A DNA stretch of 36,836 bases from Octopus bimaculoides (taxonomy: Eukaryota), in contig NC_068981.1 in NCBI RefSeq assembly GCF_001194135.2, forward strand, positions 174,626,670-174,663,505, read 5' to 3'. Shown piece after piece: positions 25,070 to 36,123 of this stretch; the first letter of the stretch is position 1; the number at the start of each line of letters is the position of its first letter. The position numbers and the translations under genes were made by a program. Under the pieces are notes generated by a model, which was given only the letters and a program-made list of their open reading frames with translations, made no database searches and had not been told where the DNA came from.

Positions 25070-25979
25070 CGGGGTGGGTGGAAAGTAATTAGGCATTAGA
25101 AATTGCATATAGAATTTTTAGTATCACTAAAGTCATGACGAAAACATTTTTTAAACCGTAAACACGAATGGAGATTTTTTATTTTCTTTTTGCTTTATTT
25201 GCTATTCCTTATTTTCCAGATGGTCGGTCGTTTGACTTTTCAGGAGCGAGCTATGATAGCAGCACACTATGAAGTGTGGAATTCGTTGTTTTCTTTCAGA
25301 AATGGTGGCGTGCATGGAAAGGTAAGCATGCAACACAACGCCCGGAGACGATAAAAAGTTGTGATGCAAAGCTGATAATCACGGGCTCTGTGAACGATGC
25401 GAGAAGAAATGGCTGTCCAACCACATCCCGATCAGCAGAGATTGTGGTAACAGTGAAGGAGATGTTTAATCACTGCCCGCAAACATCAACACGTCAAACA
25501 GCTCGTGAAAGTGTATTAACAAGACACGCAATACGTACGGTGTTGCATAAAGAATTGAAGTTTCATCCGTGGAAACCCCATTATATGCAGGAGCTAAAGC
25601 CTGAAGACTGGGACCGTATAATGGAATATGGAGTTAATGCTAGGCTGGTATGAAGATTGGCATGGATTGTTTGAAAATATTGTCTGAAGTGACGAGGCTA
25701 AGATGTTATTATATCGATCGCACACTGGAGGAATTGGAGACACCGATTCAGGAGATTCTCAATGATATCCCAGACGACGTCCTTCAGAAGGTTGTTCATT
25801 CCATCCCTGGCCATTTGAGGAAACTGGTTGACGCCATCGGTGCTTACGTTGAAATATGAATATTTACTTTCAGTTTCCCATGTAATAAAGAATATGTATC
25901 ATTTGTTTCAATAAATTTGTAAAAGTGATATGGATTTCTTTACCGATTTTTAATGTCTACTTACTTTTTACCCACCCTG
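25070..25979 (+). mobile_element. Internally deleted Tc1/mariner-superfamily DNA transposon (910 bp) with TIRs and TA TSD
   Basis: Left TIR 25070-25105 versus the reverse complement of 25944-25979 gives 29/36 identical by hand count. TA is present at 25068-69 and 25980-81. The frameshifted transposase runs MVGRLTFQERAMIAAHYEVWNS (ATG 25220), ...RNGCPTTSRS...TSTRQTA...LKFHPWKPHYMQELKPED..., then FENIV*SDEA, then jumps to the C-terminal RTLEEL...IPDDVLQKVVHSIPGHLRKLVDAIGAYVEI*. Confidence 0.9.
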
Positions 25980-26270
25980 TATATATGAAATCCATCGAAG
26001 ACTAAAGCTAGTTGCGATGCTAGATCATTCTAGATTCTGCTGTAAGTTCCTACAGTATGTTTGACATCTACGTTGTTATAACGTCATACTGAGACATTTA
26101 ATTAACTGGTTGCTCAATACTGCAGATTACCATGTGATGTTGCAGCAAGTAACACCGTAAAAATAACAAATAGTTTATTAGGTTGCTGTGTCGAGTTAAA
26201 TGCCGTCAGGTGAATAGATCTAGAAAGGAAAATATCAGTGAAGCTGAAATAAGCATCAACACTATGTGTT

Positions 26271-26377
26271 GAAGGCAGCGAACTACTAGTGCTTGTCTAC
26301 AAGGCCTCGTAGTATTTTTTCCATGTCTCTACGCCCTGAGTTCAAAACCCACTGAAGTCAACTGTAGCCTTTCATTT
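26271..26377 (+). mobile_element. SINE family A, degenerate 5' half
   Basis: GAAGGCAGCGAACT...CCCTGAGTTCAAAACCCACTGAAGTCAACTGTAGCCTTTCAT. Confidence 0.5.
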
Positions 26378-26779
26378 GGATGACATTAGGGATGTGGAGA
26401 GACAAGACTCGCGTTCATGAGCAATTGCCAGTCTTCCACAAAGAATCATTTCTAGAGCTGCACATACAGATGTAGTGGAATAGTGAAACCTGTACGATGG
26501 AGAGTCCTAGAGAATGTGTCCAGTACAGGTAATAACTGCAAAAGAGTGCAGTAAAGAATATTTCCTTGAAATTGTTGCGTCATTAAATTCAAACTGAAAT
26601 ATTGAAAGAAATATACAAAGAAAGTCGGATATAAAAATGGAGTAAGCAATACGATAAATAGAAAATTAGATAAGAAAGATTTTTCTATAGAGGAGGGGAG
26701 GGAGTGACGAATAGTATCTGACAAAGTATTTATCATACACTGAAATTTCGCATCTTTTGACTGCTGTTAAATATATTCT

Positions 26780-26930
26780 TGGCAGAACTGTTTACACGCC
26801 GGGCAAAATGCATACTGGCATTTCGCTGGTCTTTACCTTTTGAGTTCAAATCCCACTAGGTCGAGTTTGCCTTTCATTCTTTCGCGGTTGATGAAATAAG
26901 TACCAATTGAGCACTGGGGTCAATGTAATT
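26780..26930 (+). mobile_element. SINE family A, lacking its 3' tail
   Basis: TGGCAGAACTGTTTACACGCCGGGCAAAATG...GAGTTCAAATCCCAC...GCCTTTCATTCTTTCGCGGTTGATGAAATAAGTACCAATTGAGCACTGGGGTCAATGTAATT. Confidence 0.8.
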
Positions 26931-27013
26931 TCGGGAGAGGGGGTAAGGCGATTGCATTGACCTCAATGCTCAAATAGTACTATTTTGTCGACCCCGATAG
27001 GATGAAAGGCACC
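26931..27013 (-). mobile_element. SINE family A 3' fragment, inverted against the preceding copy
   Basis: Reverse complement reads GCCTTTCATCCTATCGGGGTCGACAAAATAGTACTATTTGAGCATTGAGGTCAATGCAATCGCCTTACCCCCTCTCCCGA. Confidence 0.75.
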
Positions 27014-27029
27014 ATTTGAACAAAAAAAG

Positions 27030-27123
27030 CACATATACTTGCCCAAGTTGCCGTGTAATACGACCGAACCCCAAACCACGTGGTGGCAAAGCGAGACTTC
27101 ATCACACAACCATGCCTGCACCG
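27030..27123 (-). mobile_element. SINE family B, head fragment
   Basis: TACTTGCCCAAGTTGCC...CGAACCCCAAACCACGTGGT...CTTCATCACACAACCATGCCTGCACC is collinear with 8476-8555. Confidence 0.6.
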
Positions 27124-27959
27124 TGTAAAAATGTCATAGAAATCTTATTACTTGTCAGAACGTTAGTAAATTGCACACAAGGTTCTGACAGTGATATAGG
27201 AGATCAATCTTCACAACACACATTTCTCTACATAAACAGTACTACACATAAGCATCAGGTAGTTAATCTGCAAAAGTTTGCTTCATGAGTATTCGCTTTT
27301 TACATTATAATTTACTAAACCGAAAGGAAGAAAAAAAAAAACAGAAGATTCTGAGCAACATCCTTCCGGTGTCGACATAAATATAGTATTATAAGCATAT
27401 ACACCAACTAATTTCTTTTTCATTTCGTTGTATATATGTAGTTATGTGACATTCATGGTTAGCAGAATTTCTAATCAAATCAAAAAGCTTAACAAAAATA
27501 CTTTACCACCTTGAAAAAAGTAGGTTATATATATATATATATATATATATATCTGTTTTGTTCCATGTCGAAGTAAAGATTGTTTGCCATTCTTTCTTTT
27601 GTAGTAATAAAATCCCTATAGAAATCCTGCGTAGTACTCGTCACAGCCACCTGGAAAACTTGACATATAGGATTTAGCAATGTACATTGTATACTAGCAT
27701 CACAAAAGCCCATTTCACCATATTATAAGGTTTCTGTCACTCATGATAACCTTGACAATGTCATCATTTTTAAGTTTAATTACTTAAATCGCACACAAAT
27801 CCTTAATTCCGAGAGTTTGCTTTACCTAAAAATCATTAATTCATCATGTCTGACAGGCCTATTATGAAGAAACAAGAGGATTTGAGACGTATACAAACGT
27901 AGAGACTCAAACGCATACACGTACACCCATCCACACAACCACAAACACATACACACACA

Positions 27960-27990
27960 TTCTCTCTCTCTCTCTCTCTCTCTCTCTTTA

Positions 27991-28074
<84 letters not shown>

Positions 28075-28128
28075 GCTCTCTCTCTCTTTCTCTCTGTTTT
28101 TCTCTCTCTCTCTTTCTCTCTTTTTCTT

Positions 28129-28159
<31 letters not shown>

Positions 28160-28395
28160 TTCTCTCTTTCCTTCTCTCTCTCTTTCTCTCTCTCTCTTTC
28201 TCTCTCTTTCTTTCTCTCTCTCGCTCTTTCTCTCTCTCTCTCTCTCTCCCTCTCTTTCTCTCTCTTTCTCTCTCTCCTTCTTTCGCTCTCTCTTTCTCTC
28301 TCTCTTTCACTCTCTCTCTCTTTCTCTCTCTCGCTTTCTCTCTCTTTTTCTCTCTCTCTCTCTTTCTCTCCCTCCCTCTCTTTCTCTCTCTCTTT
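27960..28395. repeat. Long (TC)n/(TTTC)n pyrimidine tract
   Basis: Directly visible; it explains the ER-rich and LS-rich ORFs. Confidence 0.97.
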
Positions 28396-28805
28396 CACAC
28401 ACACATGTACGATATTATTTTTAAAAATACCTGTCGATTACGCATGTGCCATGGTATAGAGTAAGCTCTTTTATACGGTCACCGGCCGTATAAAAGTATG
28501 AAAGGTGCAGCATCTGATTTTTGTTTCAAAAATCGATGGCGTGATCATGATGTGTCATTCAAAACTACAGACAAAAAGCACAACACATCTCTGGCTAATC
28601 TACTATGGAATCTGAGAATCGTTTTAGTAGCGTGTAACACCATCCATCTTGGAAAACTGCAGTGTGATAATATGATACATAAATAAAACATATGTTTTGA
28701 GAAAATAAACCTCACTATATTATATATCAAACGTTAACTTCAGTATATTTAATTAGTATAAACGCTTCTGTACAACTTTATGTATGCATGTATGTTTGTG
28801 TAGAA

Positions 28806-28806
<1 letters not shown>

Positions 28807-28865
<59 letters not shown>
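28807..28865. repeat. (ATCT)n
   Basis: Directly visible. Confidence 0.95.
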
Positions 28866-28866
<1 letters not shown>

Positions 28867-29410
28867 CACGTATATTAGTATTTGTTAGTGAATATCTTTA
28901 TTAATGCATTATACTTACACAAGCGTGCAGGTCTTTACCTTCGTATTCTTGTTAGGGCGTGAGTATGTTAGTGTATAGATGTATGTGCGAATGCCTATAT
29001 AAATACTATATTAATTTATCAGTAATTAATATTTTAAATTTGGATTTTTCTGATTTGACGGACACCACTTGCTTTCTTAACGAAACACTTTCAAACTTGG
29101 GACACTGGTAGAATGTGTCATATAAAACATCTTTTACTGGTAGTTTTGTTGAGAAAAGTTTATATTTCGTGTTAAAATTGTCGTATTTCGGTAATTTCAA
29201 CCAATCACTGACGTCTGTTGAGGTGAAAACAATTACTGCAGTGGATTGTAAACAACACGTTGTGACGGTGTAATGGGATCTTTTCCCTTGAATAAAATTA
29301 GTGCCGTTGTTTGTCAACAACAACTACCGTGTTTCGGTAGAAAACACACTAAATAAACACTAAATAAAAAAATGGTGTCCACCAAATCAGAAGGATCCGT
29401 AAATTTTGTT

Positions 29411-29624
29411 AAGGTGACAAACTGACAGAATCATTTGCAACCAGGCAAAAATTCTTAGTGGCTTTTTCACACGTCTTTACGTTCTCAAATTCCGCCGAGT
29501 CTACTTTGCCTTTCAACATTTCTTGGTCGATGAAAAAAGTGCCACTTGAGCACTTGGATTGATGTAATTGGCTTACTCCTTCCCTGTAATTTCAGACCTT
29601 GTGCCAAAATTTGAAACTAATATT
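29411..29624 (+). mobile_element. SINE family A, diverged, near full length
   Basis: CTGACAGAATCATTTGCAACCAGGCAAAA...CAAATTCCGCCGAGTCTACTTTGCCTTTCA...GGTCGATGAAAAAAGTGCCACTTGAGCAC...CCTTGTGCCAAAATTTGAAACTAATATT. Confidence 0.75.
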
Positions 29625-30589
29625 TTAATTTCGATCTAAAGTTATAAATTCCTTTTTAATAGTATATGTATACATGTGGATATAATGGCATCAGAATCGT
29701 TTTTTGATTCTTTGAACATTTTCATTATTTTCTTGATTTATCAATTCATTTCTTCAGACAAAATCTCAACAAAACATCTTAGCAACGAAATAACTTTGTT
29801 TTATCTGCCTTGAGTAACGTCTGTGTCCATGTGTTCGTCAGATGGGAGACCATGATGTATATTTTACTAGCAACAGTTCGCTATTAAGTCAATTGTTGAC
29901 GATTAACTCTAGATAACACAACAGTATCACATTACATAGTAGGTACTGAATTATGCACTCAGCCAACTTAATCGCCTTAGAAAAGTCACTAGCTATTAAT
30001 AGACATATCATTCCGGAGACACACATTTCTATTATCTTATTCCATATATATTGTAGGTGTTTATTTATTCCTTTATATACTGTGGTTTAATGTACTAAGA
30101 ATTCATATTGGTCGTGTTATTGCCCATTACCGTTAGAACTATACTAAGGCACCTCTAATGGTTTCACTGCGTCAAAAGTCGTCAGAAATCCACATAGTGC
30201 CCATTCAGGTAGCGATACCCTTCATGTTATCATATACCTCATTGCTATTTTGATCACCTTTTCTGCACCTCTGAATCAATTTTCCACAAATTTGTCAAAT
30301 GTAGCAAATTTTAAGCACCTCCTTATATCCTGGTTTGGTGATGGTGGACCAAGATTTGATGTTGCTTTCATACTCTTTAGAGTCCTATTCCCTTTGTCCT
30401 TAAAGCGGAACAGCATGATGGCCATCAAATGTGAACCTAGGAAATGTTACTTTATCTATAGCATTGCCTTATGTATTGTTGAACCCTTAATGCACGATCA
30501 AGTTTGTGTTTTTATTAAACGGTATTTCATCATGTTATTTACGTTCTGCAATAATAACGGCTTCGTCGTTCAAGTTAACTAGTATCTGC

Positions 30590-30813
30590 GCAAGTATGCG
30601 CAAGCCCGAGCAAAATGATTGAGGAGGACTGGCATCGCTTAGCAGCGTTTCGTCCGTCTTTACTTTCTGAGTTCACATTCCGCCAAGGCTCGCTTTACTT
30701 CTTACCCTTTCGTGGTTGATAAATTAAGTATTACTTGAGCACTGAGGTTGATGTAATCAACTTACACCCTTCCCGAAATTGTTGGCCTTGTGCCAAAGTT
30801 TGAAACCAATATT
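30590..30813 (+). mobile_element. SINE family A
   Basis: TTCGTCCGTCTTTACTTTCTGAGTTCACATTCCGCC...GTTGATAAATTAAGTA...GAGCACTGAGGTTGATGTAATC...GGCCTTGTGCCAAAGTTTGAAACCAATATT. Confidence 0.8.
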
Positions 30814-30864
30814 ATAGTAAGTGTTGCTGTCATAACGCAAAGATCCGGATCAGTTCCGACTCAC

Positions 30865-31282
30865 TAAAATTTCAGGTACCCCTCGTACTGGATTAGTGCT
30901 TTTCAATTGATCCCGAATGGAAGGGGTCGAGCTGGCAGAAACATTAGCACGCTGTATAATCGACTTAATCTGTTTGTCTGTCCTTGTTTGTCCCCTCTGT
31001 GTGTAGTTCCTTGTGGGCAGTAAAGAAATAAGAAACGTTAGCACGCCGGGTGAAACGCTTAGCGGTATTTCGTTTGTCTTTACGCTCCGAGTTCAAATTC
31101 CGCCGAGATCGACATTGCCGTTCATCCTTTCGGGGTCGATAAATTAAGTACCAGTTGCGTACTGGGGTCGATCTAATAGACTAGACACCTCTCTAAAAAT
31201 TTCGGACCTTGTGCCTAGAGGAGAAAAGAAATGATCCCGAATGGATGACAAGGTTGACCTCGATGGCATTTGAAATTCGATG
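30865..31282 (-). mobile_element. Older minus-strand SINE A split in two (30865-30921 and 31232-31282) by a younger insertion
   Basis: Joining across the TSD gives ...GTGCTTTTCAATTGATCCCGAATGGA|TGACAAGGTTGACCTCGATGGCATTTGAAATTC, the reverse complement of the family A core. Confidence 0.6.
30922..31231 (+). mobile_element. Young SINE A-derived element with duplicated head, flanked by a 14-bp TSD
   Basis: TGATCCCGAATGGA occurs at 30908-30921 and 31232-31245. The insert has head GAGCTGGCAGAAACATTAGCACGC, an ~80-bp segment, a second AGAAACGTTAGCACGC, and a complete A body ending GTGCCTAGAGGAGAAAAGAAA. Confidence 0.85.
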
Positions 31283-32246
31283 TATTCTATCCAACGTTCC
31301 AACAACTCTAACAATTCCGTGAAAAAGGATACTGCTGTTAGTAAATATAGCAGTTTAAATATACTTAGATGATACTGTGTTTATAAACATGCGTAACAAA
31401 TCAGATTGCAAACTACAAAGGGGCTATATTTTTATCGATGACATGCCTAGCGAGGGCCTAACACGTGCTACCCTTGATCAAATCATAAGTTACCTAGTAG
31501 AAACCTACCCAAAATATCATGTGACACTATATTTTCGTTTGAATAAAAACAAGAGTAAAAGTTTGTGGAATATGCTCTGAAATTTAAGAGGAGGGAATAG
31601 TCGTTATTTGAACGTTAAGAGTAAAGATATGTATTCAAGTAACGCATGATGTTTTGTCCAGCGGTCAACCGATTTTGCCAATCTACTGTTTTCACACTAA
31701 GAATAATAGTTACAACGACAATAAAAACAACAACAACAACAACAACGTCAGAGACAACAAAGAGGCTGATGTAACAGGATTTAATCTACTCTCAAATTCT
31801 AGCATTACTCATCGAAAAACTGAACTTAATCTTTGTATTGTTACTGTCAAAAATCAATCTCCAATGCATGAGTAATTGGTGGAGATGAACTTCTGTAAAC
31901 TTTACTACCCTCCTTCGACTGTATTCAAAAGGAAAACAAAATAAACGAAACACGTGATTATTCTTTTGTAAAAAAAAAATATTTTGCGCAGAGAAAAATA
32001 TGTTACAGTTGATGGATTGATATCTTGTGTGGCTTCTTTAACAAAAGCAAAAATCATCTCGGTTGAATAATTATTGTAAAGTTATAAAACCGGTTGAAAT
32101 TAATTATATTCTGTTGCACCATTGACCTTTTATTTATATGTATCTCAACCAATCTTTAACATTTCTATGTTTGTTTCTCTGTCTGTGCCGCTGTTTCTCC
32201 TTTTCTTTCTATCTCTGTCTGGCTCACTCTCCCTTTCATCTTATTC

Positions 32247-32395
32247 TTTTGCACGCTCTCTCTCTCTTTTGCACGCTCTCTCTCTCTTTTGCACGCTCTC
32301 TCTCTCTTTTGCACGCTCTCTCTCTCTCTCTCTCTCTCTCTCTNNNNNNNNNNNNNNNNNNNNNNNNNNNNNNNNNNNNNNNNNNNNNNNNNNNN

Positions 32396-32432
<37 letters not shown>
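32247..32432. repeat. 20-bp unit TTTTGCACGCTCTCTCTCTC x3, then (TC)n, gap, (TA)n
   Basis: Directly visible. Confidence 0.9.
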
Positions 32433-32435
<3 letters not shown>

Positions 32436-35400
32436 TCATTGAAAGAAGCGATAATAACTCAGTAAACACTTCGTGAAGTAAATAACTTTAATGTTAAATT
32501 TGACGACGTAATGAAAATTTAATTCATGTTTCGATAGCCTAATGATTTATACACTATAAATTAAGTAACGAAGAAAACCATCATTCATATTTTTTGTAAA
32601 TATTTAAAGCGTTTGGTTTCTATAGATAACATGAAATAATTGAAAATTAAATGAGATTTATTTGTAGTGTTAATAAATCCACGAGTAATATTAATAAACC
32701 ACCGAATGTAACAAGAAAATGGAGAATTGATGTCAGTTCCATGAGTTCACACAGAAAAGGAACTGGCTATTTGGGTTTTCATTTTGTTTATTACTGAGGG
32801 GTGCACGTTGATTATGTTATGTGCAATTAACAGTAAAAGGACAAATTAACATAAGAACAAAACAAAACAACAAAATATTGACATTACAAAGAAAAAACTG
32901 TTGACAGGAAGCCTTGTTGTTTGTCTCAGATTTATTACGCAACCATAAGCGCTTTTGAACTTGGGATGATTTTTGTCTTTATCGGTAAATTGCCTTTATC
33001 CGTAAATTGGGAGTTGGACGCAAGGTGTATATGTTTCTACTGTTCCGAGATCGTAAATATTACTTCTACTGAATCAAGTCTCCTTTGCTGTTCATATTGG
33101 AGTACTCTTCTCGAATCAAATGCGCTGCCTTAGTCCGGCGGTTTAAAGCATACATGTGTCTGGTTAATATGCATTTGTATAATTCGTTGGCATGTTAATC
33201 TGTGCATTTTAGATTATCCTATCTTAGACTCGACAAGGCTTCGGTAAATTTGTATTCCATTGTACGTTGGGTTGCTTCTTTTCAGGTTGTACTATTGTAT
33301 AAAAAGAACATAACTAATGTAGAAATATAGAAGGAAACGTAGGCCATGTTTGAGTAGGCGTGCTGTAAATTTCTGTGTTTTTTTTTCCGCCGCTGTTGAA
33401 CTAATTATCCAGCTTTCATATTTCTCTTTTATTGGCAGTAAAAAAAAATTGTGATTAACACTACATCAGCTTTCATACGCAGTGCAATTTCAATATTCTA
33501 AATTAGCCATCGTAATGTGTTTAGATTATAGACTTACAACCACATGAAGCTGATGTTTTTTTTTTCCAATAAAAGAAGTCCCTTACAACTCCACGGTTTG
33601 CTTGGCATTCTAGCACTCGTAATTGGAGATGACATATTAATCACCAGGTAGAGCATGTGTTCAATTGCAGATACTATGTTCTAACGTAAAAGCCAATTTC
33701 CTTTTTGCTCTTCCTGTAGAGCAAATCTTTGAGCGAACCGGTCGATAATATTATAGATACGGATATATTTTATTTTATTAATAGAAAAGCGGTATGGTAT
33801 TTTATTATTTCCAATGATTTCAAGATGGAAAATAACGTAAGAAATAAATACAGATACAACAAACATGGTGATTAGGCAAAAAATATGAGTTACCCAACAT
33901 TCTTTGTTTGAGTAAGTACGGATGACAATTCCAAATGTTTTAGTCATCGCCGTGACTTGCTGGAAATGGAAAAACTAACTCACTACATTTAAATGTTCTT
34001 TCATATGCGCGGAACCGGAAAAAATTATTAATGGTTTAATTACAAATAGGTACTGTGCAAATACGTCAGTAATAAAAGCATTGGATGATTGTTTGCAATG
34101 TTTTCAATATAGGTCATTAGGGAAAATACTACCAGTTAGCTAATATTATTCTTTAAGTCAAACAAGCAAGGCAGACGATCATTATTGCTGTTGACTCTAT
34201 TAGGACTCCTCAGTGGATCCACAGACTTCGCAAAGACGGTTGACTTTGCAGTAACTAGCTTACTTTAGATAAATGCTTGTATGAAAACACTGAATGATAA
34301 TAGACAACGAAAATAATTGATAACTTAATTAGTTGTGCTGACTACATATTTCAGCAATAACAATATAGATTCTATGGTTTTTAATGTCTTTAACATCAGA
34401 TTCATCTGTCTCAGAACACTGTGGACAACAATGACTTAGAATGTGTACTCTAGGAGGCACTTCAATCTTTCGTTTCGCTATTTTTGCGCGGTGGAAGGAA
34501 AATTTAGACAAATACAGTATCTGTTCTTTTGATGCAATTTCTGTTACTTTCTGGTAACTTGTCACGTTATTGTTTATATCATTATAGTTGTTCTCAAATT
34601 TTCTTTATTGCTCGTCTAACGATGTTTCATTCCTTGAGAAATGCGTGATGTATACTGATGACATTTTGACATTTGTCGCTATTATAATTCGTCAACATTT
34701 CTCGTTTTTCTACGATTCTAAATCCAAGAGTAGAATCGAGAAATCTAATTACAGAGTTGATACCTAGCTCTGTACCTGTTGGATGTAAACTTTCTATATC
34801 ATCGATGCTTTATTTTTTTGTTTGTATGTAATTTCTGTTATATCTTATGTTTGTAAATAATAGCGTCGTTGGTCAGAAGTTTCAAACGTGTCAATCATTA
34901 CCGCTTTGCATATCTGATAGCAAGAGTAACAAAGTAGTATCTAACATACTCAAGCAGAAAAAATACTAATATGTTGTTTTTTTTTGTCAAACGCGCCGAT
35001 TATCTTATTTCAGTAAACATTTATAACTTCTGATATACATCAGTTAAAAGTATATACAGAAATATTTATGCTTACAAGACGGGTTACTGCACAGTTTTTG
35101 TTCCAAATTTCACTTAAAAGACAGTGGTCAACTGAAGTTATAACTGAAGAAATTTGACCGACTTATGGCACAGCGAATGAAATTCGGAAGCAAAAGTCCA
35201 TATGCGAAATTGATAACCATCCAGTCATGCCTGTTCTCATTGTTTCCTATTTCACGCCACTTTCAAGTGAACTTATGTGTGCAGTAGCTTGTCTGGACAA
35301 CTAAATAAGAACTGTTTACAATTTGTTTAATAAGTTTTAAGAGTATATTAGTCATGATAATAAAGATATCACACAATGTACAAAATCAGGTTTTGTTCTT

Positions 35401-35504
35401 TCAACATAATTGACGTACGGACCAGTTTGGCTTTGCTCCTGAGACTGAGAGTTGAAAAAGTGAAAATGCTAGAGGGAAAAATTATTGCTAGGGGAGATAA
35501 TTGT

Positions 35505-36123
35505 TCACTCATTTATTTTGCAGTAAAGGGGAGGTAAATCTTTTTTTTTGTGTATTCTCTTCTTTATTCTGGCTTTTCTTATTGATTTAATATTAATGGG
35601 ATTTACACGTTTAATTCCTTCATTTATGAGTTGAGCTTCGTAGTGCCTGTTCCTGAGTACATTTTTAAACACTTGCAATCTTAGTTCTCTGGTATTTTGG
35701 GGGGATACTATGGTGCAAATCCTTCTTGAAAGGTTGAAGGGGATATTTGTTTTGATATGTCTCGGGTAACATGAGCTAAATAATAGATATTGTTTAGCGT
35801 CTTGTAAAAAAATGTCTGTTTCTAATTTTTGTTTATTTTTCAATCAGTATGTGAAGGAATGGGATTTAATCGTGGTTGTGTTCCATTGTGAATTGTATGT
35901 TGGTTTTAATGTTATTGAGAAGTCTCTTGAACTCCAGGAGCTTATATATATTTCCATTCCAGAAGATGGAGCAATCATCTAAAAATCTTTTACAAGTTTC
36001 TTTTCTGTATTGGGAGAGAGTGTTTCCAAATTTTGGAAATGACCCCTGATATATTGTTATATCTAAATAGCCCATTCTTAGATTGGCAATGGTTTGGGCC
36101 GCCCTGGTTCCCATTGATGTGCT
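35505..36123 (-). pseudogene. Penelope-like element reverse transcriptase fragment (decayed)
   Basis: STSMGTRAAQTIANLRMGYL (GTAMG motif) ... CKRFLDDCSIFW (YxDD-equivalent) ... NIQFTMEH*IPFL ... LETDIF..DAKQYLLFSSCYPRHIKTNIPFNLSRRICTIVS...RELRLQ...YEAQLINEGI is a PLE RT plus thumb pattern. It has an in-frame stop at 35866 and frameshifts. Confidence 0.88.

Noticed and set aside
27525-27713. Minus-strand acceptor followed by GGCDEYYAGFL*
   Set aside because: Too short and unrecognised; could easily be chance.
30130-30582. 110-aa plus-strand ORF and a protein-like minus-strand frame (FTFDGHH...)
   Set aside because: The minus frame has several stops and I cannot assign a family. It may be a TE relic, but that is unsupported.
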